DNA of 64,000 nucleotides from Mantamonas sphyraenae STR306 (lineage: Eukaryota > Protista > CRuMs), in NCBI GenBank assembly GCA_026936335.1, contig JAPMXV010000069.1, forward strand, positions 248,001 through 312,000, in the 5' to 3' direction. Numbering within the stretch: the first letter of the stretch is position 1; every line of letters starts with the position of its first letter. The translations under genes were made by a program, and so were the position numbers. Below are positions 33,918 to 46,230 of this stretch, in pieces. The notes beneath the pieces were generated by a model, which made no database searches, was not told where the DNA came from, and saw only the letters and a list, made by a program, of their open reading frames with translations.

Positions 33918-35353
33918 ATGAGCTCTGGCTGCGATGGAGAGGATCATTGGCTGCCACTGCTGCAGAGCGGGGATCACGCACAGATTTGCCGCGCACTGGA
34001 GGCTGAGAGAAAGGTGGGCTGGAATGCAGTGATGTGCGGCGTGGAGAAGAAGCGGGTGGTGAAGGGCAACAAGGGAGAGTGTGCTGACACATGAACCTCA
34101 GTTGTTGTATATGCTGGGTGTGATTGGAGGTGACGACGCGACACGAGCGCTGGCCGAGGCACTGAGTGTGAACAGCAACTTGACGGTACTGCTGCTTGAT
34201 GAGTGCTTGTTCGGTGACAAAGGAGCAGCAGCACTGGCGGAGGCACTGTGTGAGAACAGCAGTGTGCAAACCGTGTACCTCAATGTCAACAGCATCGGGG
34301 ACAAAGGAGCAGCTGCACTGGCGCAAGCACTGAGAAAAGAACAGCACCTTGCAGGAACTGATCCTCAGACACAACAGCATTGGGGACAAAGGAGCAACGG
34401 CGCTGGCGGAGGCACTGAGTGTGAACAGCACCTTGCAGTCACTGGGCCTCAATGACAACAGCATTGGGGACAAAGGAGCAGCAGCACTGGCGCAGGCACT
34501 GAGTACAAGCAGCACCTTGCAGACCCTGTACCTCGGTGACAACAGCATCGGGGACAAAGGAGCAACGGCGCTGGCGCAGGCACTGAGTGAGAACAGCAGC
34601 TTGCAGGAACTGAACCTCAGCCACTTCAGCATTGGGGACAAAGGAGCAGCAGCACTGGCGGAGGCACTGAGTGTGAACAGCACCTTGCAGTCACTGGACC
34701 TCACACGCAACAGTATTGGGGAAGAAGGGGCAGCAGCACTTGCTCAGGCAATGGAAAGCAATCGGTCCTGCTGGATAATCGACGGCGTTCGCAACGACGC
34801 TTTGCAGTCGCTGTTGGATCGGAACTGGAAGCAGCACGAGGCGTTTGTGAAGTGTGGGGATGTGGAGAAGATGAGAGAGTTGATGGAGTGGGGTGTGCCT
34901 GTGGACACGTCTGCAGCGTACTTGAGTGGGGGTGCGCTGGAGTTAGCAGTGAGGAAAGGTGATGAGGAGATTGTGGAGGTGTTGAGGGAGTGGGGTGCGC
35001 ACCCAGGGATGGAAACTGTGTATATGGTGAGGAAGAAAGGGTGGAGAAAGGCGTGGCATTGGATTGGATGGGGTGAACAGGTGGATGGGGCGATCGAGAC
35101 GGCGCTGGTGATGAACGGGGAGGAGAGAGAGATGATGTTTGCGTGTGGTGGAATGGACGAGTACGTGGAGGAGACAGGATGGGAAGGGTGGGTGACACTG
35201 CCGGATGAGGTGATGGAGAGGGTGATTGGGTGGGTGGGGAGGGGTGCCACACCGGCGAGGGTCGCTGTGGGGAGGACAGGCGAGACGAGGAAGCGCGAGA
35301 GAGATGAGGAGGAAGAGGACGTGGAGAAGCGGCAGCGTGTGGAGGAGGAGTGA
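33918..35353 (+). CDS. LRR-ankyrin-PRANC/F-box-like protein (gene C), recent duplicate of B with a +1 frameshift at about 34336
   Basis: About 2.55-kb tandem duplicate; extra A in an A-run (GAGAAAAGAAC versus GAGAAAGAAC), either an error or pseudogenisation. Confidence 0.75.
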
Positions 35354-36130
35354 ACATTTGGGTGTGATCAGCAGGAAATAGACGTCCTTCGGTCCCATGT
35401 AGATTGGGGCGGACTGATCCAACCGCACACTCACAACGGGCAGAAGGACGCCATTCGCCCGCTGGAGATGGATAGTTGGATAGAACTGCCAAGATTCAGA
35501 CCGCAACGCCAATCGCCATTCGCACAGAGCGTGTGCTGACGCGCGGGGCAACCAGAAGAGCATTGAGGACAACGGTAGCCCACAGAACAGCGCCCTGAAG
35601 ACACTGCTGCCCAGAGGAGCAGCGTCGGGGACTTGGGCAGCACCTGGCCCTGGCGATGCAAAGCAATCGATGGAAAGCAAAAACGAGCATACCGGGTCGC
35701 AGTGACGCGCGGATGGAGGCCATACCCACCGCATTCCTGAACGCAATCGATGAACAGAATCCGATGTTCCCCCCTCCCCCCTTCCCCCCCTTACCCCTGA
35801 TCATCCAACAACCTCACCCTCCTCTCATCCATCTCAACCCCCACCCCCCTCCACTTCTCATCGTCGATGCCCCGCCGGCGCCGGTGGCCACAGCGAGCAT
35901 CCGCGCCCACGCGTGCTGTCGTGAGTGGCTTGTCCTGGCCATGTTGGATGGACGGGCGTGCCGGAGGCCTTTACGTGTGTTGCAGCAGCCGCGCGCGTGC
36001 GCGTGTCACACCACGACAAACACAAACATGTCCCGAAAAGGTGGGTGTCGGTGTGTCGTTTTGGCAATGGTGGTTGGTGGGTTCCCGTGCACTCACACCA
36101 GGCAAAGCAGACACAACAACCGCACGGGAG

Positions 36131-37661
36131 ATGCTTGACTGGGTGAAACTGCTGCAGAGAGGGGATCACGCACAGATTTGCAGCGCACTAGAGGCAGTTG
36201 GACAGGTAGGGTTGGAACTGGGACACAGGGTGACGCACGGCAACTGACACGCGGACACGCGGAGCACAGGGGTTGCGTATCAAGCACACGGATCTAGGAG
36301 ACGGTGGGGCAGTGGCGCTGGCCAACGCGCTCGAGAAGAACACCAGCTTGCGGACTCTACACCTCACCGTGGACGGCATCGGGGACAAAGGAGTAGCAGC
36401 ACTGGCACATGCACTGAGTGCCAACACCACCTTGCAGAAACTGGTCCTCCAGGAGAACAACTTTGGGGCCGAAGGAGCAGCCGCGCTGGCGCAGGCGCTG
36501 AGTATGAACGGCGCCTTGCACACCCTGGACCTCAACTGGAACAGCATCGGGACAGACGGGGCAGTAGCACTCGCACAGGCGCTGGGTGTAAACACCACCT
36601 TGCAGAGACTGGACCTCCGAAGCAACAGCATCGCGGACAAAGGAGCAGCAGCACTGGCGCAGGCGCTGAGCGACAACAACAGCAGCTTGCAGGCACTAGA
36701 CCTCCACATGAACAGGATCGGGGCAGAAGGGGCTGCAGCACTGGCGCAGGCACTGAGTGTGAACGGAACGTTGCACACTCTGGACCTCAGCTGGAACAGC
36801 GTCGGGGCTGCAGCAATCGCACAGGCACTGAGTGTGAGCAGTTGCTTGCAAACAGTAGACCTTGCACACAGCAGCATTGGGGCAGAAGGAGCAGCAACAC
36901 TGGCGCAGGCACTCGGTGTGAACAGCACCTTGCAGACACTCGAACTCGGCTGGAACAGGATCGGGGCGGAAGGGGCAGCAGCACTTGCGCAGGGACTGAG
37001 GGAGAACAGCACCTTGCAGACACTGAGTCTCTGGGACAACCGCATCGGGGACAAAGGAGCAGCAGCACTGGCGCAGGCACTGAGTGAGAACAGCAGCTTG
37101 CAGAGACTGTACCTCAGCCACAACAGCATTGGGGACAAAGGAGCAACAGCACTGGCGCAGGCCATGAAAGTCAATCGATCGTGCTGGGAGATCCAGGGTG
37201 TTCCCGATGACGCGTTGCAGACCCTGGTGGAGAGAAACAAGAAGCAGCATGCAGAGTTTGTGGAGTGTGGGGATGTGGGGAGGATGAGAGAGTTGAGGGA
37301 GTGGGGTGTGCCCGTGGACACGTTTGCAGGGGATTCTCGCTGGACGCAGACTGCGCTGGAGAGAGCGGTTGAGCGAGGGGAAGAGGGGATTGTGGAGGTG
37401 TTGCGAGCGTGGGGCGCGACGCCAAGGGTGGAAGCCGTGGCGATGGTGAGGAAGGAAGGGTGGAGAAAGGCGTGGCATTGGATTGGGTGGGGTGGACAGG
37501 TGGATGAGGCGATGGAGGTGGCGTTGGTGATGAACGGGGAGGAGAGGGAGGTGATGTTCGAGTGTGGCGGGATGGAGGCGTACGAACCGACTGCACAGTG
37601 GATGACACTGCCAGATGAGGTGATGGAGAGGGTCGTGCAGTGGGTGGGGAGGCGAGGGTGA
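36131..37661 (+). CDS. LRR (about 10-11)-ankyrin-PRANC/F-box-like protein (gene D)
   Basis: Intron 36206-36269; ends WMTLPDEVMERVVQWVGRRG. Confidence 0.85.
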
Positions 37662-38040
37662 GACGAGGAAGTGCGAGAAGATGGTGGAGAAAAGGGAGTA
37701 GGAGGGTCAGCAGGAGGAATGGACGTGGATTCGGAGGAAAGCGAGTGTCGCGTGCATGGCCATGTTCTGTGCACTGCCTGTGATGGGAATGTTGATTGCG
37801 TCGTTGCACATTCAGGCGTGTTGGTGGGCAGGCAGCTGGGGCTGCACGCACCGCCGCAAAACAATGGAACGTCGGGCCTTGGAGGGTAAGAGACTTGTCC
37901 ACCGCAGCAACGCGTCTAACGACCAGCATATGGCGGATGGAGTCCATGCGAGGTGGAGAGGGAGGGGCAAGGCGGCTGCAGAAAAAGCTGGTTCCCGTGC
38001 ACTCACACCAGGCAAAGAAGACACAACAAACTCACTGGAG

Positions 38041-40076
38041 ATGGATAGTTGGATAGATCTGCTGCAGAGCGGAGATCATGAACGGATTTGCAGTGCACTG
38101 GAGGCAGAGGGAGAGGTGGGTTGGGAACGCAGCGCGAATCGCAATTTGCACAGACCGTGTGCTGACACGCGGGGAAGGAGACGAATATTGACGACCGTGT
38201 CGAGCTAGAAGACAGTGATGCAGCAGCGCTGGCACGGGCCCTGAGCGAGAACAGCACCTTGAAGACACTGCTGCTCGGGGGGAACCGCATCGGGGGAGAA
38301 GGGGGAGCAGCACTTGCGCAGGCACTGAGTGAGAACAGTTGCTTACAGACACTGTACCTCGACTACAACAGCATCGGGGACATAGGGGCCGCAGCACTGG
38401 GGCACGCACTGAGTGGGAACAACACCTTGCAGACGCAGAGTCTCTTGGGCAACAGCATCGGGAACGAAGGAGCAGCAGCACTGGCGCGGGGACTAGCTCG
38501 GAACAACAACTTACAGGCCCTGAACCTCAACAGCAACACCATCGGGGCAGAAGGAGCAGCAGCAATGGCACGCGGATTGACGGTGAACAGCAGCTTGCAG
38601 ACACTGAAACTCTGGAACAGCAGTATCGAGGATGAAGGAGCAGCAGCACTGGGGCGGGCACTAGCTCAGAACAGAAGCTTGCAGAAACTGAACCTCGGGA
38701 ACAACTTTGTCGGGAACGAAGGAGCAGCAGCACTGGCGCAGGGACTAGCTCGGAACAACAACTTACAGACCCTGGACCTCAACAGCAACAACATCGATGC
38801 AGAAGGAGCAGCAGCCCTGGGGCAGGCACTCGCACAGAACAACAGCGTACAGGCCCTGAACCTCAACAGCAACACCATCGGGGCAGAAGGAGCAGCAGCA
38901 ATGGCACACGGATTGAGGGTGAACAGCAGCTTGCAGACACTGGATCTCTGGAACAGCAGTATCGAGGATGAAGGAGCAGCAGCACTGGGGCGGGCACTAG
39001 CTCAGAACAGAAGCTTGCAGAAACTGAACCTCAGGAACAACTTTGTCGGCGGCGAGGGAGCAGCAGCACTGGGGCAGGGACTAGCTCAGAACAGAAGCTT
39101 ACAGACCCTGGAACTCGGCTGGAACAGCATCGGCGCAGAAGGGGCAGCAGCACTGGCACGCGGATTGAATGACAACTGCGTCTTGCAGACACTGACTCTC
39201 GGGAAAAACAGCATCGGGGACAGAGGAGCAACAGCACTGGCGCAGGGACTGAGTGAGAACCGCAGCTTGCAGAAACTCGTTCTCAGCAACAACAGCATCG
39301 GTGCAGAAGGAGCAGCAGCACTGGGGCATGCGCTGACTGGCAACAGCAGCTTGCAGACACTGAACCTCGCTTTCAACAGAGTTGGGGCTGAAGGAGCAGC
39401 AGCACTGGCGCAGGCGCTGTGCGAGTGCTCCTTGCAGACACTTGATCTCAACGGGAATGGCATTGGGGACAAGGGCGCCGAAGCCCTGGCGCAGGCGCTG
39501 AGTGGGAACAGCAGCTTGCAGACATTGGGCCTCAGGAGCAACAACATTGGGTCAGAAGGAGCAGCAGCACTGACCACGGCAATGCAAGGCAATCGGTCCT
39601 GCTGCAGCGTCGAGGACGTTCACGATGGCACGTTGGAGTCGCTGTTGGAGAGAAACAAGGAGAAGCACGTGGAGTTTATGGAGTGTGGAGATGTGGACAA
39701 GATGAGGGAGTTGAGGGAGTGGGGGGTGCCTGTAGACACATTTGCAGGGGAGAGGGGGAGGAAGACTGCGCTGGAGCGATCAGTGAAGCGAGGGGATGAG
39801 AGGATTGTGGAGGTGTTGCGGGCGTGGGGTGCGACGCCGAGGATGAGAACGGTGGAGATGGTGAGGAGGGAAGGGTGGAGAAAGGCGTGGCATTGGATTG
39901 GATGGGGTGGACAGGTGGATGAGGCGATCGAGACGGCGTTGGTGATGAATGGGGAGGAGAGGGAGGTGATGTTCGAGTGTGGCGGGATGGAGGGGTATGA
40001 GCCGAGTGCACAGTGGATGACACTTCCGGATGAGGTGATGGAGAGGGTGATTGGGTGGGTGGGGAGGGGAGGGTGA
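38041..40076 (+). CDS. LRR (about 16)-ankyrin-PRANC/F-box-like protein (gene E)
   Basis: Intron 38116-38177 restores frame with the 605-aa ORF. Confidence 0.85.
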
Positions 40077-40297
40077 GACGAGGAAGTGCGAGAAAGATGG
40101 TGGAGAAGAGGAACAAAGTTTTCTTTGAGGATGGAGCGCAGGAGCAGGCAACCCATCTTGGAGCTGTCACATTCTTGCAGAATCGCAATGTAGGTAGAGT
40201 GGGGTGGACAGAGGACGTGCGGGATGGAGTGGTGGTGGAGAGGGTGGCGGCAGAAAGCAAAGTTGGCGCGCGCTCACAACGGGAAGAGCAGACAACA

Positions 40298-41800
40298 ATG
40301 AACTCGTCAAAGAGGACAGAGTGGTGCAATTTGCTGAAGGCCGGGGATCATGAACGGATTTGCAGCGCACTGGAGGCAGAGGGAGAGGGGAGTGGAGTGC
40401 AGAGTGCGCGCGTGAGCATTGATGGCATGCAGCTAGAAGGCAATGAGGTAGTAGCACTGTCCAAGGCGCTAGCAAAGAACACAAACTTGCAGACACTCGA
40501 CTTTACCGACAACGGCGTCGGGGAGAAAGGAGCAGCAGCGCTGGCGCAGGCCCTGATTGAGAACAGCAGCTTGCAGACGCTGCACCTCGGAAGGAACAGC
40601 ATCGGTGACCGGGGAGCAGCAGCGCTGGCGCAGGCACTGAGTGAGAACAGCACCTTGCAGACGGTGTACCTTGGTAGCAACAAATTTGGGGACAAAGGCG
40701 CAGCAGCGCTGGCGCAGGCACTGAGTGAGAACAGCAGCGTGCACACACTGAGCCTCGGCTGGAACAGCATCGGGGCAGAAGGCGCAGCAGCACTGGCACA
40801 TGCACTGAATGGAAACTCCAGCTTGCAGACGCTGAAGCTCTGGGGCAATAGCATCGGGGCAGAAGGAGCAGCGGCGCTTGGGCAGGCACTTTGTCAGAAC
40901 GGCAGCTTGCAGACACTGGACCTCACCGACAACAGCATCGGGGCAAAAGGCGCAGCAGCACTGGCGCAAGCATTGAGTGAGAACAGCGGCTTGCATTCCT
41001 TGTACTTCAGCCTCAACGACATCGGGGACGAAGGAGCAGCGGCGCTGGCGCAGGCACTGAGCGAGAACACCTGCATGCAGACACTGTACCTCGAGGGGAA
41101 CGATATCGGGGCAAAAGGTGCTGCAGCACTTGCGCAGGGACTGAGGGAGAACAGCGGCTTGCATACACTGAGTCTCTGGGACAACCGCATTGGGGACAAA
41201 GGAGCAGCAGCACTGGCGCAGGCACTGAGTGCGAACAACAGCGTGCAGACCCTGTACCTCGATGACAACAGCATCGAGACAGAAGGAGCAGAATCTCTTG
41301 CTCAGGCGATGAATGGCAATCGGTCCTGCTGGAAAGTGTACGGCGTTCGCAATGACGCGTTGCGGTCGCTGGTGGAGAGAAACAAGAAGCAGCATGCAGA
41401 GTTTGTGGAGTGTGGGGATGTGGAAAAGATGAGAGAGTTGAGGGAATGGGGTGTGCCTGTGGACACGTTTGCAGGGGATGGAGGTGAGGAGACTGCGCTG
41501 GAGAGAGCGGTTGAGCGAGGGGAAGAGGGGATTGTGGAGGTGTTGCGGGGTTGGTGTGCGACTCCGAGGATGAGAACGGTGGAGATGGTGAGGAAGTCAG
41601 GGTGGAGAAAGGCGTGGCATTGGATTGGGTGGGGTGGACAAGTGGATGAGGCGATCGAGACGGCGTTGGTGATGAATGAGGAGGAGAGGGAGGTGATGTT
41701 TGAGTGTGGCGGGATGGAGGAGTACGAACCGACCGCACAGTGGATGACACTGCCAGATGAGGTGATGGAGAGGGTCGTGCTGTGGGTGGGGAGACGGTGA
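40298..41800 (+). CDS. LRR (about 10)-ankyrin-PRANC/F-box-like protein (gene F), family intron collapsed
   Basis: MNSSKRTEWCNLLKAGDH reads directly into the LRRs. Confidence 0.85.
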   Translation: MNSSKRTEWCNLLKAGDHERICSALEAEGEGSGVQSARVSIDGMQLEGNEVVALSKALAKNTNLQTLDFTDNGVGEKGAAALAQALIENSSLQTLHLGRNSIGDRGAAALAQALSENSTLQTVYLGSNKFGDKGAAALAQALSENSSVHTLSLGWNSIGAEGAAALAHALNGNSSLQTLKLWGNSIGAEGAAALGQALCQNGSLQTLDLTDNSIGAKGAAALAQALSENSGLHSLYFSLNDIGDEGAAALAQALSENTCMQTLYLEGNDIGAKGAAALAQGLRENSGLHTLSLWDNRIGDKGAAALAQALSANNSVQTLYLDDNSIETEGAESLAQAMNGNRSCWKVYGVRNDALRSLVERNKKQHAEFVECGDVEKMRELREWGVPVDTFAGDGGEETALERAVERGEEGIVEVLRGWCATPRMRTVEMVRKSGWRKAWHWIGWGGQVDEAIETALVMNEEEREVMFECGGMEEYEPTAQWMTLPDEVMERVVLWVGRR

Positions 41801-42154
41801 CGCACCAACAAGAGTCCCTGTTGACCTTGATTGACAATTGACAATTGCTGATCTTGACCATCTCACCCGCTCACAGCGTGGATTGCTCACATGGATTCAT
41901 CCTTGCCATTGTGTGGATTCCTTTCGTTTGCGTCAGTGCGGGGGAACAACCGCAAACATCTCGCGCTCGCCAAAGCAGGACAAACACCCGACTGACACAC
42001 CGAGATGTCCCGAGAAGGTGGGTTGATGCCATGGTGGGCGTTTGTGTGTCGTTTTGGCAATGGTGGCATGGTGGAGGATGTGCTGCATTTCCTTTGCCGG
42101 GAGGGCAGGACACCCCCCACGCACCACAGCAGCCCAGCGCTGGCAACCCACCCC

Positions 42155-43724
42155 ATGTCCACCTGTGCGATGCGTCGCCCAACGCATCCGGCAGTCTGCA
42201 AACAATGGAACGTCGGGGCTGGGCGGGGAGGGAAGGACCTTGGCGTGCACCGCGTCATACTCGTCTGCCGCAGCAGTAACGCGTCTAACAACCAGCACAT
42301 CCTCACAGAATCTGAACCGGGTGAAGCAGGCGCAGAGACCTCGCTGGACTTTGCTGATTGGGTAGAACTGCTGCAGAGTGGCGATCATGAACGCGTTTGT
42401 AGTGCACTGGAGGCAGTTGGAGAGGTGGGTGTGGGACTGCAGCGCACGTCAAGAAGAGGATGCAACCATGGAGTGCGTGCTGACACGCGGAGCACAGGAG
42501 TTGAGTTTCGATGGTGAGAAGCTGGGAGACACAGAGGCGGCGGCGCTGGCCACGGCTCTTTGTACAAACAGCGCCTTGCAGACACTGAACTTTGCCAACA
42601 ACAGCATCGGGGCAGAAGGAGCGGCAGCGCTGGCACAAACACTTTGTGCAAACAGCACCCTGCGGACCCTGATGCTCTGGAACAACAGCATCGGGGCTGA
42701 AGGAGCGGCAGCGCTGGCACGCGCCCTGAGCGAGAACAGCAGCTTGCAGACACTGTACCTCTTTTACAACAACATCGAAGCAGACGGAGCATCACTGCTG
42801 GCCCAAGGACTGAGTGACAACAGCAGCTTGCAATCGCTGAGCGTCAGCTACAACAGCGTCGGGGACGAAGGAGCAGCAGCACTTGCGCAGACACTGAGTG
42901 AGAACAGCAGCTTGCAGATCCTGATGCTCTACGACAGTAACATCGGAGCAGAAGGAGCCACAGCACTGGCAAATGTACTGGGTGAGAACCGCAGCTTGCA
43001 GATCCTGGACCTTGGCCACAACAAGATCGGGGCAGAAGGAGCAGCCGCGCTCGCCAACAGACTCGAAAGCAACACCCACTTGCAGTCACTGTACCTCTAT
43101 GACAACAACATCGGAGACGAAGGAGCAGCAGCGCTCGCCGACGGACTCGAAAGCAACAACCACTTGCAGTCACTGTTCCTCGATGAAAACAACGTCGGGG
43201 ACGAAGGAGCAGCAGCGCTGACCATGGCAATGCAAGGCAATCGGTCGTGCTGGAAGATCACCGGCGTTCAAAGTGGCTCTTTGCAGTCCCTGGTGGAGAG
43301 AAACAAGAAGCAGCACGTGGAGTTTGTGGAGTGTGGGGACGTGGAGAAGATGAGAGAGTTGAGAGAGTGGGGTGTGCCTGTGGACACATTTGCAGGTGAT
43401 GGAGGGAAGGAGACTGCGCTGGAGCGAGCAGTGAAGGGTGGGGATGAGAGGGTGGTTGAGGTGTTGCGGGGGTGGGGCGCCAAGCCGAGGATGGAAACGG
43501 TGGAGATGGTGAGGAAGGCAGGGTGGAGAAAGGCGTGGCATTGGATTGGGTGGAGTGGACAAGTGGATGGGGCGATGGAGGTGGCGTTGGTGATGAATGC
43601 GGAGGAGAGGGAGGTGATGTTTGAGTGTGGAGGGATGGAGGCGTACGAACCGACTGCACGGTGGATGACACTGCCGGATGAGGTGATGGAGAGGGTGATT
43701 GGGTGGGTGGCAAGGGGAGGGTGA
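42155..43724 (+). CDS. LRR (about 8)-ankyrin-PRANC/F-box-like protein (gene G); start uncertain
   Basis: DWVELLQSGDHERVCSALEAVGE exon, intron 42425-42497. Confidence 0.8.
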
Positions 43725-43943
43725 GACGAGGAAGTGCGAGAAGATGGTGGAGAGGAGGAACAAAGAGTTTTTGAAGGTGGAGCGCAGGGGCAGGCAACCC
43801 ATCTTGGAGCTGTTACATTCTTGCAGAATCCCAATGTAGGTAGAGTGGGGTGGACAGAGGACGTGCGGGATGGAGTGGTGGTGGAGAGGGTGGCGGCAGA
43901 ATGCAAAGTTGGCGCGCACTCACAACGGGAAGAGCAGACAACA

Positions 43944-45748
43944 ATGAACTCATCAAAGAGGACAGAGTGGTGCAATTTGCTGAAGGCCGGGGATCATGAA
44001 CGGATTTGCAGCGCATTGGAGGCAGAGGGAGAGGTAGGGTTGGGACTTGTAGAGGGGGGGAGTGGAGTGCAGGTGCGCTGACGCGTGGAGCACAGAAACT
44101 GTGTATGGATGGCATGCAGCTAGGAGGTGCTGAGGTAGTAGCACTGGCACAGGCCCTGCGTGAGAACCGCAGCTTGCAGAAACTGGACCTCACCGACAAC
44201 GGCGTCGGGGACGAGTCAGCAGCAGCGCTGGCGCAGGCCCTGAGCGAGAACAGCACTTTAAAGACACTGCTGCTCGAGGGGAACCGCATCGGAGCAGCAG
44301 GAGCAGCAGCACTTGCGCAGGCCCTGAGTGGCAACAGTTGCATACAGAACCTGTACCTCAACGACAACGGCGTCGGGGACGAGGGAGCAGCAGCACTGGG
44401 GCACGCACTGACTGGGAACAACACCTTGCAGACGCTGAGTTTCTTGGACAACCGCATCGGAAACGAAGGAGTAGCAGCACTGGCGCAAGGCCTAAGTGTG
44501 AACAACACCTTGCAGAGCCTGAACCTCGAAAACAACTTGATCGAGGCAAAAGGAGCAGCCGCACTGGCGCAGGGACTGAGTGAGAACCACAGCCTGCAGG
44601 CACTGAACCTTTGCAACAACAGCATCGGTCCAGAAGGAGCAGCGGTACTGGCACAGGGACTCTGTGCGAACCACACCTTGCAGACCCTGGATCTCTGGGA
44701 CAACGGCGTCGGGGACGAAGGAGCAGCAACATTGGCACGGGCCCTGAGCGACAACAGCATCTTGCAGACACTGTACCTCGGCAGCAACCGCATCGGGAAC
44801 GAAGGAGCGGCAGCACTGGCGCAGGCCCTGAGCGAAACCAGCAGCTTGCAGAGCCTGAACCTCGAAAACAACTTGATCGAGGCAAAAGGAGCGGCCGCAC
44901 TGGCGCAGGGACTGAGTGAGAACCACAGCCTGCAGGCACTGAACCTTTGCAACAACAGCATTGGTCCAGAAGGAGCAGCGGTACTGGCACAGGGACTCTG
45001 TGCCAACCACACGTTGCACAGACTGAATCTCTGGGACAACAGCATCGGGGACAAAGGGGCTGCAGCACTGGCGCAGGCACTCAGTGACAACGGCTGCTTG
45101 CAGACACTGGACCTCAGCTTCAACAGCATCGGAGCAGAAGGAGCGGCAACACTGGCGCAGGCCCTGAGTGTGAACAGCAGCTTGCAGAGTCTGGAACTCT
45201 ACAACAACGCCATTGGCGCTGAAGGAACAGCAGCACTGACAAAGGCAATGGAAGCCAATCGGTCGTGCTGGAGGATCCCTGGCGTTTTCAATGGCACTTT
45301 GCAGTTGCCGTTGGAGAGAAACAAGAAGCAGCACGTGGACTTTGTGGAGTGTGGTGACGTGGAGAGGATGAGAGAGTTGAGAGAGTGGGGTGTGCCTGTG
45401 GACACATTTGCAGGTGATGGAGGTGAGGAGACGGCGTTGGAGCGAGCAGTGAAGGGTGGGGATGAGAGGATTGGGATTGTGGAGGTGTTGCGGGAGTGGG
45501 GTGCCAAGCCGAGGATGGAAACGGAGGACATGGTGCGAAAGGCAGGGTGGAGAAAGGCGTGGCATTGGTTTGGGTGGGGTGGACAAGTGGATGAGACCAT
45601 GGAGACGGCGTTGGTGATGAATGGGGAGGAGAGGGAGGTGATGTTTGAGTGTGGCGGGATGGAGGCGTATGAACCGACTGCACAGTGGATGACACTGCCA
45701 GATGAGGTGATGGAGAGGGTGATTGAGTGGGTGGGGAGGGGAGAGTGA
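43944..45748 (+). CDS. LRR (about 13)-ankyrin-PRANC/F-box-like protein (gene H)
   Basis: Intron 44034-44095; internal 4-LRR block duplication. Confidence 0.85.
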
Positions 45749-46230
45749 GTGGGAGGGACGCCAAAATGAAAGGGTGTGTTCAAACCGGCGTTGCATTCCC
45801 AAAGACAACCGTGTGACGATGGCTACCCCTTCCCCTTCCCCTTCCCTTTCCCATCCTGCGTCGCCGTCGCCTCACCCACATCCTCCTTTTGGGCCGCTTG
45901 ACCACCCCCTGAGTTCCGCGGGTGCCACGGCCAACCCTGTGGCCATCACCTTGCCTTTCCTTCTCCCACATGCCATAGTTGCAGAACCACGTCTGCGTGC
46001 ACCCATCCTCACCCAACGCCTCGTCTGCTCGCCACGGGTCACTTAGGGTGGAGCAGGTCGGCCATCCACTGCCTGGCCGTCTGACCGGTGCGTGGAATTT
46101 GGGGAAGTTGGCATACACGCAGAGTGGGAGATTGCGGGCCCAAAGAACGGAAGATAAGGGCGTGGGGCGTGAATGGGAGCCGGAGATGACGGGACCACCT
46201 CGACAAGTAGGTGCATTGCTGATCAAACCC

